A stretch of 54,916 nucleotides of DNA from Flavobacteriales bacterium. Lineage in GTDB: Bacteria; Bacteroidota; Bacteroidia; Palsa-965. The notes below the pieces were generated by a model that saw only the letters and a list, made by a program, of their open reading frames with translations, was not told where the DNA came from and searched no databases. The stretch spans positions 1 through 54,916 of the forward strand of contig JBEIPA010000034.1 in NCBI GenBank assembly GCA_040377305.1. Reading direction: 5' to 3'. The position numbers and the translations under genes are program-made. This document shows positions 18,498 to 28,348 of this stretch, piece after piece. Position 1 is the first letter of the stretch, and each line of letters opens with the position of its first letter.

Positions 18498-20633
18498 TTA
18501 TTCAGCCTTCACCCAAACACGCTGCCCATCCTTCTCCAGATGATGTCCCTTCTCCGGACTATATCCCCGACTGCTGTCATAAATACAAGGTATCACTTCC
18601 TTCCCTTCTGAATTCACGTACCCGATCTTGCCGTTGCGCCGGACTTCGACCAGTGAATCATGACCCCATTCGTGACCTACAAAATCGTATTCAAACTTTA
18701 CAACGAGTTTATTTTCGCGATCAATGAAACCCCATTTATCATTCAACATGACTCCGGTAATTGCTGACTCAAACCGACGTACTTCTTCATACTGAGGTGC
18801 GATAATAACTGATGCGTTCGTATCAAGGAATCCCCATTCGTTTTTTTCCTTGAATGCGACCAAACCGTTTTCAAATTCGCCCTGAAATTGTTCGTAACGA
18901 AAAGGTATTACTGTATTACCCTCGCGGTCGATGAATCCGTACAATGAATCCTTCAAAGCCATAGCCCGACCGCTTACGAATCGATGAATCTGTTTGTACT
19001 CAGCCGGAATCTGTATCTGTCCGGTCGTGTCCATTACACCCACCTTCCCATCAAGATAGAAGGTAAAATAATCGTCGTCGTATCCGGTTCCAATGCCTTC
19101 ATAAATACAGGGAACCACAAGTTTGTAATTCCTGTCAACCACACCCCAATGTGTTTCGTCCTTCTTCACCACGCGAAAACCTGCTGCTGTAGGATAATCC
19201 GCGACCAACTCATACTCGAACGGCAACAACACTTCACCTGAAGTACTCACAATTCCCCACTGGTCATTAGGATATTGCTTAGCAAGGAAAACATCAGGCA
19301 CCGGGCCTACTGTCTTTCCATGCCCGGGAATCTTTGGTGGAATGAAAGTGATAAGCGGCCGTATCATGGCGTAAACCGGAGGTATAACGAATTGACTCGC
19401 TTTATCAATCAGGCCATAGCCAGTGCCCGTTTGTACCACTTGCAACTCGCCGATAAATGTAGCGTCCCGATTGTTTCTCCACGGCTCAGGCCGAACAGCT
19501 GTTATATCCAGCAGCTTTCCGTCTTTGTCAACGTTTCTGAACTCGCCGTTGTGCTGAACCACGCCAACTCCTTTCCGAAAATATTCCACATACGTATAAA
19601 TGCAAGGAATAATTTCCTTCCCCGACCGATCGAGGTAGCCGAACTTTTTATCGCGACTGCAAACTGCTCTGTCCTCAACGTAACCACCAATGTAGTCGTA
19701 CAAAGCAGGTGTGATTACTTCATAATTGTTGTCAAGCAAACCGGTCTTCCCGTCCTTGCGGAACGGATAATTTACATATTGGTAGGTAGCAGTCGGGTTA
19801 TAACGATCGTAATGCATAGCATCAAACGAAATGTGGTCGTACCCATCCACCTTATACATTGAATCCTTGTACATCGCGTAGATCAGATAAATTTTCACTT
19901 CACGATAAAATACAAGTTCATCCTGCGCGGCGAAATTGTAATTGTCATACTCCATCGGTACTACGGCGTTCTTTTGCTTATCAATGATTCCGCAAAGGCT
20001 GTCTTTTACAATAAGGATATCATTCTTCACCGGGATGATATTATCGTATTCTGTATTCAGGAAATAGTTTCCGAATGAATCGATTAAACCCACTTTGCCG
20101 GAACGACCTACGGTTCCTGCGCGAGTGAGGTAATTCATTCCAGTTGCGACCGTATCGTACACGAGATAAAATCCGTCGAAGTCAATCATGCGCGAATGAT
20201 AATCAGCCCAACCGGAATGATATTTCCCGGTATGCTTTCCACCCGTTAGTACATGCGCGATATCAGACGACTTCTTGTTCAGTGGTACTTTCCTGAAATC
20301 CATGGTTAGTTGCCACAGAGGTGTACTGGAATTAAACGCTTTTACGATTTCTCCCGAAGTGTCGCGGAAGAGATAAACATTGGGAAAGGGTCCGGGAATT
20401 AACATACTCCACGAAAGTGCACGGGGTTGTGACATCTCATGAAAGTTCACGTTAGCTTCCCAATAACCGACATTATCGATCTCGATCATCTGTACGTTAT
20501 TGTAAAACGGATAGTACAATGTGTCAACCTTTACTGGTCGTGTGGGACGAAATAAAGTGAGTTCATTGTCCTGAGCGGAAACATGCAGATACGAGGACGC
20601 GGCAATCAAAACGATGAAAAAGCGGAATAGCAT
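18498..20633 (-). CDS. WG-repeat (KWG/WG_beta_rep) secreted protein
   Basis: Many KWGFID / KFGYLD...G..IIP..Y repeats; signal peptide from ATG 20633. Confidence 0.88.
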   Translation of the reverse strand: MLFRFFIVLIAASSYLHVSAQDNELTLFRPTRPVKVDTLYYPFYNNVQMIEIDNVGYWEANVNFHEMSQPRALSWSMLIPGPFPNVYLFRDTSGEIVKAFNSSTPLWQLTMDFRKVPLNKKSSDIAHVLTGGKHTGKYHSGWADYHSRMIDFDGFYLVYDTVATGMNYLTRAGTVGRSGKVGLIDSFGNYFLNTEYDNIIPVKNDILIVKDSLCGIIDKQKNAVVPMEYDNYNFAAQDELVFYREVKIYLIYAMYKDSMYKVDGYDHISFDAMHYDRYNPTATYQYVNYPFRKDGKTGLLDNNYEVITPALYDYIGGYVEDRAVCSRDKKFGYLDRSGKEIIPCIYTYVEYFRKGVGVVQHNGEFRNVDKDGKLLDITAVRPEPWRNNRDATFIGELQVVQTGTGYGLIDKASQFVIPPVYAMIRPLITFIPPKIPGHGKTVGPVPDVFLAKQYPNDQWGIVSTSGEVLLPFEYELVADYPTAAGFRVVKKDETHWGVVDRNYKLVVPCIYEGIGTGYDDDYFTFYLDGKVGVMDTTGQIQIPAEYKQIHRFVSGRAMALKDSLYGFIDREGNTVIPFRYEQFQGEFENGLVAFKEKNEWGFLDTNASVIIAPQYEEVRRFESAITGVMLNDKWGFIDRENKLVVKFEYDFVGHEWGHDSLVEVRRNGKIGYVNSEGKEVIPCIYDSSRGYSPEKGHHLEKDGQRVWVKAE

Positions 20634-20763
20634 ACCGGTATTACACTCCAAACTAAACTTGGTTCACCTTACCCGAAAGAAAAATAACCCTGGCGAATTT
20701 GGGTCTTATAGCTACCACATCTGGAGATAAAAGTACTTCCGGAAATAATCGAGTGCCGTTGCC

Positions 20764-21444
20764 TCACTTCTTTTTCCTATTGTCAAACACATCCAAATAC
20801 TCCGGATAGTGCGACTCTTTGAACTGAAAAACGGCCGGGTCAATTGGCTTGTTGATCTGAACATAGTCAAACTTCACTGAAATGGAAGTTCCATCCGGCT
20901 TATACATCGTCTGCTCAATCAACCGATACGTTCGGACATCAATGCGCTGCACGACCTTTGCCACTTTGAGTTTGCTCGCCGCATGAATGGGAATCAAAGT
21001 CAGCACTGCAATAGAGTCTCCAAACATGGTATCCAACACTGGTTTCTGGAATCCGCTACGACCGACATTAAAGGTCCCGTCCAACCTGTTCTCAGTCGTG
21101 GAAAGATTTGCATCCACAATCTGAACGTCGTTGCGCTGACCATTGTAAATCCAGAAAGTGTCGCCCACCTGAATAAACCTGTTTGCAAGAAAACCGGTAT
21201 TCACAGAATCATAAAAGGACATGATTACATGATCTCTTTTCCATGAGAACATTCCATACGATCGTTCTGTTTTTCCATTACGCAATGATGTCATTACAAT
21301 CCTGGCTTCCCGCGTTGAATCGGAATCGGCGACCCGAAGCGTACGTGCAAGAATGGAATCGGCTGTCAATTTACTTGTCTGTGCACTGCTTGTTAGAACT
21401 ACTAACAAGCACAACAGTGTCAATAAAATTCCTTTCTTTCTCAT
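20764..21444 (-). CDS. LolA-like periplasmic protein
   Basis: Signal peptide; GDTFWIYN...VQI and C-terminal INKPIDPAVFQF motifs. Confidence 0.65.
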   Translation of the reverse strand: MRKKGILLTLLCLLVVLTSSAQTSKLTADSILARTLRVADSDSTREARIVMTSLRNGKTERSYGMFSWKRDHVIMSFYDSVNTGFLANRFIQVGDTFWIYNGQRNDVQIVDANLSTTENRLDGTFNVGRSGFQKPVLDTMFGDSIAVLTLIPIHAASKLKVAKVVQRIDVRTYRLIEQTMYKPDGTSISVKFDYVQINKPIDPAVFQFKESHYPEYLDVFDNRKKK

Positions 21445-21472
21445 CCTATCATCAAATCATCAAATCATCTGA

Positions 21473-22210
21473 TCATAAATACTGCCTCAGCTTCGACAGC
21501 GGCTTTCTGATCAACGTCAACGCACCCGGCTTCAAATCATTCACCAACCACGCGCGTTTGTCTTCCCTATTAGCCTTGATGCGGTTCTTCAGCGATTTGT
21601 TGCTCACGCCGCCAACACGCATTTTCACCAGCACTTCCGGAACGTATGCGATCGATACACCGAGTTTGTGAATCATGCGTAACATGAGTTCGTAGTCAGC
21701 GGCAGTTTTGAATGTTGTATCGAATAAACCAAACTGATCGTAACACTTCTTCTTCAGAAAGAAAGTTGGATGAGGGGGCATCCAACCTTTGCGAAACATG
21801 CCAGGCCGATATTCTTTGGACTTCCAGTTGCGAATGACTTTGTTGGTGTTTGTACGATGTACGTATTGCAAGTCGCCATATACTGCATCCACAAGTTTCA
21901 TCTTCTCCGCTACAGATGCAAGCACAAAGTTGCTGTTGTACATATCATCGGCGTGGAGAATTCCGATGATGTCACCGGTCGCAAGCTGGATTCCTTTATT
22001 GAGCGCGAAATAAATTCCATTGTCCTTTTCAGAAACAACTTTCGCAATGCGCGATGAATATTCGTTGATGATGGAAAGTGTTGCGTCGGTTGACTTGCCG
22101 TCGATGATGATGTACTCGATATCCGGATGCCCTTGTGACAGGACAGATTCAATCGTGTCGCGAATGGTGGCGGCAGAATTGAAACAGGCAGTGATGATCG
22201 AGACTTTCAC
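21473..22210 (-). CDS. Glycosyltransferase family 2 (WcaE-like)
   Basis: KVSIITACFN, IIIDGKSTD, GIYFALNKG, LHADD, PPHPTFF. Confidence 0.92.
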   Translation of the reverse strand: MKVSIITACFNSAATIRDTIESVLSQGHPDIEYIIIDGKSTDATLSIINEYSSRIAKVVSEKDNGIYFALNKGIQLATGDIIGILHADDMYNSNFVLASVAEKMKLVDAVYGDLQYVHRTNTNKVIRNWKSKEYRPGMFRKGWMPPHPTFFLKKKCYDQFGLFDTTFKTAADYELMLRMIHKLGVSIAYVPEVLVKMRVGGVSNKSLKNRIKANREDKRAWLVNDLKPGALTLIRKPLSKLRQYL

Positions 22211-22252
22211 GCCCTAAAGATACTAAACAAGAACAAGGCTTAATAGTACGCG

Positions 22253-22270
22253 TCCCGATAGCTATCGGGA
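22253..22270. repeat. Perfect 18-bp palindrome TCCCGATAGCTATCGGGA
   Basis: Exact palindrome; second copy with 1 mismatch at 25877-25894. Confidence 0.85.
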
Positions 22271-22297
22271 GAGCGGATCAGGCGGACAAAAAAAGGA

Positions 22298-23167
22298 TTA
22301 ACGTTTGGCAACAACAAACCGATCCTTTCCCTGCATGTCCTGTTTGAGTTGAACATCGCTAAGTCCGGCTTTCTGGAAAACAATGCACGTTTCAATTCCC
22401 AACGCTTCATTGATTTCCACAAACACCTTCCCTCCCGGCTTCAGCCTCAGCATCGCAAACTCTGCAATGGCTTTGTAAAAAACCAAAGCATCATCATCCG
22501 GAACAAATAACGCAGCATGCGGTTCATGATCTTTCACGCGGTCAAGCATGCTTGCTGATTCACTCGCTTTCACGTAAGGCGGATTACTTACAATCACAGA
22601 CACCAACGGCAACTTTTCCCATTTCGATTTATCAAGAAAATCAACGTGCATGAACTTTACATCTGCATTCAGTTTTGTTGCATTTTGTTGAGCGACAGCT
22701 AGTGCATCCTGAGAAACATCGAGTGCATACACATGCGTGCGTGGCTTTTTTAGTTTCACGCTTATGGGAATACAACCACTGCCTGTTCCAATGTCGATTA
22801 CCGAAACAGTTTCGTCGTGCAACATCAGTTCGTCAATAACCAACTGTGTGAGCTCTTCTGTTTCAGGTCTGGGAATGAGCACCGATTCATTTACATCGAA
22901 CTCGTGACTCATGAACCATGCCGTCCCTAAGATGTATTGGATCGGTCGACCCCTTTTCAGGTCTTTCACCGCAAAGTTGTACTTGAGTAAATCCGATTCA
23001 CTGACCGTTTTGTCGGGATTGAGCAACAAATCCTTTTTGCGAATGTCATTGAATTCTTCGAAGCAATAGCCCGCGAGAATATCAATTTCTTCCGCTTCAT
23101 ATTTCGATTTGAGTTCTGAACGGAAAAAATTGAGAATGTCTCCAACCTTATTTGTCGGAATTCTCAT
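22298..23167 (-). CDS. prmC: Release factor glutamine methyltransferase
   Basis: PIQYILG, VLIPRPETEEL, DIGTGSGCI, VSNPPY. Confidence 0.95.
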   Translation of the reverse strand: MRIPTNKVGDILNFFRSELKSKYEAEEIDILAGYCFEEFNDIRKKDLLLNPDKTVSESDLLKYNFAVKDLKRGRPIQYILGTAWFMSHEFDVNESVLIPRPETEELTQLVIDELMLHDETVSVIDIGTGSGCIPISVKLKKPRTHVYALDVSQDALAVAQQNATKLNADVKFMHVDFLDKSKWEKLPLVSVIVSNPPYVKASESASMLDRVKDHEPHAALFVPDDDALVFYKAIAEFAMLRLKPGGKVFVEINEALGIETCIVFQKAGLSDVQLKQDMQGKDRFVVAKR

Positions 23168-24692
23168 CGTCTTTTTCTTTTGTCAGACCGAGCCCTTCGA
23201 CTTCGCTCTGGACAGGCTCCGTCGAGGGCGACTTTACAGGAAGAACTTCCGGATTCGGTTGCTCATATCCTGAAACAGGAACGAAACCTTCCTTCTCTCC
23301 TTCGGCAATCATAACTTTCCACGCGCTTGCACGTTCATTCGGTATAATTCCGTCGAGAATAGCTTCGCGGATTGCATCTTTAATATTGCCGACTTTCTTC
23401 GAAGGTTCAATTGCAAATGCCGCCATAATATCTTCACCAGTCACCGGTGGTTGCCAATTGCGGACCTGATCTTTCTCTTCTACACTTTTCAGCTTCTCGC
23501 GAACAGTCTGAAAGTTCTTCAGGTATTTCTGAACTTTCTCTTCCTGTTTCGAAGTGATATCGCATTCACACAAAGTCATGAGATCTTCAATATCATCTCC
23601 GGCTTCGAACAACAAACGACGAATTGCAGAATCAGTAATCTCCGTTTTAGCGAGAACAATTGGACGCAAATGCAGCATCACGAGCTTCTGCACATACTTC
23701 ATGTGTTCGTTCAACGGCAACTTCAATGCAGTGAAAATCTTCGGCACCATGCGCGCCCCACGATCTTCGTGTCCGTGGAATGTCCAGCCGTGACCTTCTT
23801 CGTATCGTTTCGTTGCAGGCTTCGCAATATCATGCAGAATAGCAGCCCAACGTAACCAAAGATTGTTAGTTTTCACTGCAACATTGTCGAGGACTTGCAA
23901 GGTGTGATAGAAATTGTCCTTATGCGCGTGACCTTTGATGACATCAACACCCTGAAGCGCCTTCATTTCAGGAAATATGAATTTCAGCAATCCTGAATTG
24001 TACAGCAGCTTGAATCCAACCGATGGAACTTTAGCAAGAATGATCTTGTTCAGTTCATCAGTGATTCTCTCCTTAGAAATGATCTTGATACGCTCAACGT
24101 TACGCGAAATCGATTTGAACGAGTCATCTTCGATTGTATAATTCAGTTGCGTCGCAAAACGAATCGCACGCATCATGCGCAAAGGATCGTCGCTGTAAGT
24201 TACATCCGGTGCTAATGGTGTACGAATCAGCTTGCGTTCTATATCTCCGATACCATCGAACGGATCGAGTAACTCTCCGTATGATTTCGGATTGAGACTA
24301 ATCGCCATCGCGTTGATCGTAAAATCGCGACGATCCTGATCGTCTTTCAACGAGCCATCTTCCACAATAGGTTTGCGTGAATCGCGACTGTAAGACTCTT
24401 TACGCGCACCAACGAATTCAACGTCCCAAGCTTCGAGTCTGATTTGCGCAGTGCCGAAATTTCTGAAAACATTGACTTGCAATTTCAATCGTTTCCCGAC
24501 AGCCTCTGCAAGACGGATTCCCACAGCTTTCATTTCCCCACTGTGATCAACAGCAACAATGTCGATGTCCTTGCACGGGCGACCGAGAATGCTGTCGCGT
24601 ACAAATCCGCCAATCACGTATGCGTCCACACCGATGCGTGCTGATTCTTCAGAAACAACAGTGAAAACGGGGTGAGTGAGGAACTTTTGCAT
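23148..24692 (-). CDS. CCA tRNA nucleotidyltransferase / poly(A) polymerase family with HD domain
   Basis: GGFVRD, DIDI, RRDFTINAMA, DDPLRMMRAIRF, LHDIAK; the C-terminal extension contains a REP element. Confidence 0.93.
   Translation of the reverse strand: MQKFLTHPVFTVVSEESARIGVDAYVIGGFVRDSILGRPCKDIDIVAVDHSGEMKAVGIRLAEAVGKRLKLQVNVFRNFGTAQIRLEAWDVEFVGARKESYSRDSRKPIVEDGSLKDDQDRRDFTINAMAISLNPKSYGELLDPFDGIGDIERKLIRTPLAPDVTYSDDPLRMMRAIRFATQLNYTIEDDSFKSISRNVERIKIISKERITDELNKIILAKVPSVGFKLLYNSGLLKFIFPEMKALQGVDVIKGHAHKDNFYHTLQVLDNVAVKTNNLWLRWAAILHDIAKPATKRYEEGHGWTFHGHEDRGARMVPKIFTALKLPLNEHMKYVQKLVMLHLRPIVLAKTEITDSAIRRLLFEAGDDIEDLMTLCECDITSKQEEKVQKYLKNFQTVREKLKSVEEKDQVRNWQPPVTGEDIMAAFAIEPSKKVGNIKDAIREAILDGIIPNERASAWKVMIAEGEKEGFVPVSGYEQPNPEVLPVKSPSTEPVQSEVEGLGLTKEKDDENSDK
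23180..23229. repeat. Nested REP-like element inside the CCA gene 3' end
   Basis: ttgtcagaccgagc[ccttcgacttcgctctggacagg]ctccgtcgagggc; outer parts identical to the 13969-14018 copy. Confidence 0.8.
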
Positions 24693-24711
24693 TGCGCGGC
24701 AAAGGTAAACA

Positions 24712-24830
24712 ATATGCGTACGATAGGCTTACGGTATGTATACGATATGCGTACGAAATGATTATGCTTCTAGTAAAATGATTCTGCTTTTCCACCGCAG
24801 AGGCGCGGAGGCGCAGAGGCAACGCAGAGG
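24712..24830. repeat. 11-bp tandem array x4 plus 8-bp CGCRGAGG array x4
   Basis: atatgcgtacg ataggcttacg gtatgtatacg atatgcgtacg (24712-24755); cgcagagg cgcggagg cgcagagg caa cgcagagg (24796-24830). Confidence 0.75.
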
Positions 24831-24832
24831 AA

Positions 24833-25822
24833 TTATGGGATACGAAGTGCCACTTTCTTCACATCAATATTCAGCGCACAACGGAAATGTACTTCCGGAC
24901 AAGATTCGTATCCATGAATTCCGCAGGGACGACAATAAAGTTCTACATCAATTTCTTCTACGGCTGAATTTTCAGACAGTGGACCAAATCCAAACTTCGG
25001 AACCGTGGAACAAAAAATCGCAGTCACTGGCGCATTCATTGCAGAAGCAAAATGTAGCGGAGCAGAATCATTCACGAAATTCATTTTCGCATCGCGCATC
25101 AAAGAAGCGGATTGCAAAAAAGTTAGTTGTCCGCATAGGTTGGTCGTGTTTTCTCTACCTGCGCGGCGAATGATATCATCACAAACAGGACGATCGCCGG
25201 GCGCTCCCAGTAAGCACACTTGATAAGAAGTCGGAACCAGTTTGATCAGTTCGACCCATTTCTCTAGCGGCCACTGCTTCGTAAACCAAACAGAAGTAGG
25301 CGCGATACAGATGTACGGTCCTTTCGATTTATGAAACGAAACCATTTTCTCATCTGTTTCGCTCGGATAGAGCTTCGGCATTTCTGCACGCATGTCGGAG
25401 AGATGTTCAATGAGCTCAAGATTGCGACGTGTTTCGTGTTTGCCATTTCCGATTTCATGCGTCACCTTTTTCGTGTAGCGAAATGAAAACGGATTCTTGT
25501 CAAATCCAACACGCTCTTTCGCCCCAGAAAATCCTGCAAGAAATCCAGATGATCCGAACCGATGCATATTCACAACGAGATCGTATTTCTTTTTACGAAT
25601 CGCTTTACGCAAACGCAACAACTCTCCTACTTTGCCCTTCTTCTTATCGAAGATCAGCACCTCACGAATTTTGGGATGACCAATTAACAATCCTTCATTC
25701 CCTTTCTTCAACAGAAAGTCAATCGCAGCATCCGGATAATAATGTTTCAGCTTCTCGATAAGCGGAGTAGCCAGGACAACATCACCGGTGAATGCGGTTT
25801 GAATGAGGAGGATTTGGTTCAC
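24833..25822 (-). CDS. Glycosyltransferase family 9 (LPS heptosyltransferase-like)
   Basis: IQTAFTGDVVL, TKQWP, NLCGQL, NDSAPLHFASA, CRPC. Confidence 0.92.
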   Translation of the reverse strand: MNQILLIQTAFTGDVVLATPLIEKLKHYYPDAAIDFLLKKGNEGLLIGHPKIREVLIFDKKKGKVGELLRLRKAIRKKKYDLVVNMHRFGSSGFLAGFSGAKERVGFDKNPFSFRYTKKVTHEIGNGKHETRRNLELIEHLSDMRAEMPKLYPSETDEKMVSFHKSKGPYICIAPTSVWFTKQWPLEKWVELIKLVPTSYQVCLLGAPGDRPVCDDIIRRAGRENTTNLCGQLTFLQSASLMRDAKMNFVNDSAPLHFASAMNAPVTAIFCSTVPKFGFGPLSENSAVEEIDVELYCRPCGIHGYESCPEVHFRCALNIDVKKVALRIP

Positions 25823-25840
25823 TATTCAAAGATAACGAAA

Positions 25841-25900
25841 CAGTAGGCAGTTGGGCATCCGCCGCGGCGGAGTGCATCCCGACAGCTATCGGGAGGCAGT
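25841..25900. repeat. Two palindromes (14 and 18 bp) embedded in a GGCAG-type short array
   Basis: cagtaggcagttgggca[tccgccgcggcgga]gtgca[tcccgacagctatcggga]ggcagt. Confidence 0.75.
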
Positions 25901-25904
25901 CGAA

Positions 25905-27074
25905 TTATTGCCAGCGGTATGAAATTTCCACAATCTCCTTTGGAACGAACACACTCTTCTTCTTCATGTCTTCGAAAAGAAAAGTTGTGATTTCGCGTGA
26001 CTTAATTCTTCCTTCTGCATCGTACGAACGGACATCCCGGGAATACTCGCGCATCATCGTAGACTTCTTAGATTCAATTCTTTCTGAGTACACAATGCTA
26101 TCTGGTTGTGTGTACTTTCCATAGTAATACTTTGCGACAATCATGGAAGGAGTAATGTCGTTGCCGAAAACTTCAGAATCTACCTTTCCCAAATAGTCGT
26201 ATTGATAAACGAGATTATACGAAGGCAAATTCCGATAAAAATAACTCGTGTCGGCATCGTTGTAATCTGAATATGAAAGAATATTACCCGAGTAAGTAGA
26301 CCGTGTTTTCATCTCAAGCGTAATCCAATGGTCAGATCCGGAAATTTTAATCTTGTGAGTTACCTGCTGCACCGAGTTAAGTGGCACAGCATATTCAATT
26401 GTATCAGTGCAAAGAATCGCTCCGGACGCCGTGGTAAAACAACGACGGATCAGTTGATTGTTATTGTTGTATTCATAAGTGTATGCACCCAAAAGTGGAC
26501 CATACATCATATAAGTTGCGACTATCATTCTTCCGCGGGAATCATACATGCGATTTCCTACAGTGGTCACATCATTAGTCACGTCGACAACGTGTCGTTT
26601 CCAGTTGCTTATCCATCCCGAACGATTGTATGAATACTTCAATGTATCCGGAGCAATATTCTCGTGTTCGTTTCGAAGGGTAATCGTAGAAATTTTCCTC
26701 CCGGTTAAATATTCTATACGGGTGTCCTTGATCGAGAGGTCTCCATCCGGACTGTAAAATGCGTGTCTCGTCAATCTGCCTTCTGCATCCCACGTCATTC
26801 TTTCTTCATGAAGATTGATAGACTCAATAGCCTTTTCACTCACCGTTCGCAACTTCACAATCTTATGCAACTTCGCATTTTTCAGGTCGGCGTTAAACAC
26901 ATCTTCTGCAACTGAATCGGGAATGGTAAGTGTATACGGTTCGCCTTGAACGGGAAGCAGATAATCAAATGTAGCTGCGTACCGGAAGAAAACGGAAGTG
27001 TCGTTTCCTTGTGCGAACACGATCGCGCCGAAACAACAACTCAACAGTGTAAATATAACTCGTGGCATCATCAT
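25905..27074 (-). CDS. Secreted hypothetical protein with YD-like beta-hairpin repeats
   Basis: Signal peptide; WDAEGR, YDSRGR, YTYEYN, YDAEGR motifs. Confidence 0.7.
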   Translation of the reverse strand: MMMPRVIFTLLSCCFGAIVFAQGNDTSVFFRYAATFDYLLPVQGEPYTLTIPDSVAEDVFNADLKNAKLHKIVKLRTVSEKAIESINLHEERMTWDAEGRLTRHAFYSPDGDLSIKDTRIEYLTGRKISTITLRNEHENIAPDTLKYSYNRSGWISNWKRHVVDVTNDVTTVGNRMYDSRGRMIVATYMMYGPLLGAYTYEYNNNNQLIRRCFTTASGAILCTDTIEYAVPLNSVQQVTHKIKISGSDHWITLEMKTRSTYSGNILSYSDYNDADTSYFYRNLPSYNLVYQYDYLGKVDSEVFGNDITPSMIVAKYYYGKYTQPDSIVYSERIESKKSTMMREYSRDVRSYDAEGRIKSREITTFLFEDMKKKSVFVPKEIVEISYRWQ

Positions 27075-28348
27075 CTGCGTTCCTGTACGATTTTGATTAC
27101 ACCTTCGAACTGACGATCCGCAATTCTATATCTCGAATCCGGCATCAGATCGAACAAAACATCCTCAATTGAAACCGAAGTTGGCAACTCACCTTCTGAA
27201 TTGGATTTGTAGTTGAAATTTGTTGTCATGTACAAATTATCATGTCCTGTTGCTATTGGAGGTGCCGGCCCATACTTTTCGTAGTCATAAATACCTGCAG
27301 AGGAACTTGAAGTTAAAACACCTTTACTATCGTAACTAAAAGCAAGTTCAAACAGAAGCGTATCCGTTGGACTGTAAATGGACTTATTGATCAAACGGCT
27401 TCCTGCGTCATAAGTCATTCTCACGTCCAAAGGGCCCGTGACCTTTCGGATAAAATTGTACTTGTCCGGCAGGAACAACAGATATCTTAATTCATTCCCC
27501 GTCGTTCGGTTTACAATGAGCATGTCAACGTTCACTCTCATTTGCGGATCTCCAACAATTGACCAGTGATCGATTGTATCGGCAATATCTCCTTCTATCC
27601 AGGCGAGACTATCAGTTCGTGCTGAATACTTGTTAGCAGCTATTTGCTTAATCATGATTGGACGTCCTTTTGCATCATACGTGTATTCATGCGTAAAACC
27701 AGAAGAACTTTTGCTGGTCATGCGTCCACTTACATCATACTTATACGTTGTCTTGGCAACCAGGTAATCCGATTTTACACCATTGTCCCGAATTACAGCA
27801 AACCGCGACTCTTCGATAAGGTGGTTCGAAGCGTCATACTTAAACAATACACTATCGCCTGAAATATTCCATTTCCCTTTCTCATTTATTTCGAATTCCA
27901 ATGCGCAATAAATACTGAGAGATCCTTTCGCGTTGTATTTCCATCGGTGTACAAGACTATCTCCGGTTGCGGTCACAGCTGCTGAGGTTTGCTGAACTTT
28001 ACCCGACTCATCATACCATGTGTAATACAGAACAGGTGGATTTTCATATCCTTTTTCCGTCTCAGCTCTGAAATAGCATTTTGCTAAGCGATTGGCTGCT
28101 CTTACAGAATCCGGAGTTTCTGCATAGATGTCGTCGCTCGGTTCATAAAATGCAAACGGATTCAGCAATTCGTCAATGGTCACAACAGCGGAATTCAGCC
28201 ATTCAAGATTTCGCTGAAATACCTCGTCATCCTCCTCTTCAATAAACATCATTGGAGGAGGTGGTGGTGGTGGTGGAGGTGGTGTTTGCGCCTCCAATTG
28301 TCCTGCAAGTAAGGCAAGAACACAAATGAGTCTAAACTGCAACATCAT
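27071..28348 (-). CDS. Secreted hypothetical protein with poly-Pro linker and YD-like repeats
   Basis: Signal peptide, P10 run, YDESGK, YKYDVSGR, YTYDAKGR, YDSKG. Confidence 0.7.
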   Translation of the reverse strand: MMLQFRLICVLALLAGQLEAQTPPPPPPPPPPMMFIEEEDDEVFQRNLEWLNSAVVTIDELLNPFAFYEPSDDIYAETPDSVRAANRLAKCYFRAETEKGYENPPVLYYTWYDESGKVQQTSAAVTATGDSLVHRWKYNAKGSLSIYCALEFEINEKGKWNISGDSVLFKYDASNHLIEESRFAVIRDNGVKSDYLVAKTTYKYDVSGRMTSKSSSGFTHEYTYDAKGRPIMIKQIAANKYSARTDSLAWIEGDIADTIDHWSIVGDPQMRVNVDMLIVNRTTGNELRYLLFLPDKYNFIRKVTGPLDVRMTYDAGSRLINKSIYSPTDTLLFELAFSYDSKGVLTSSSSAGIYDYEKYGPAPPIATGHDNLYMTTNFNYKSNSEGELPTSVSIEDVLFDLMPDSRYRIADRQFEGVIKIVQERR

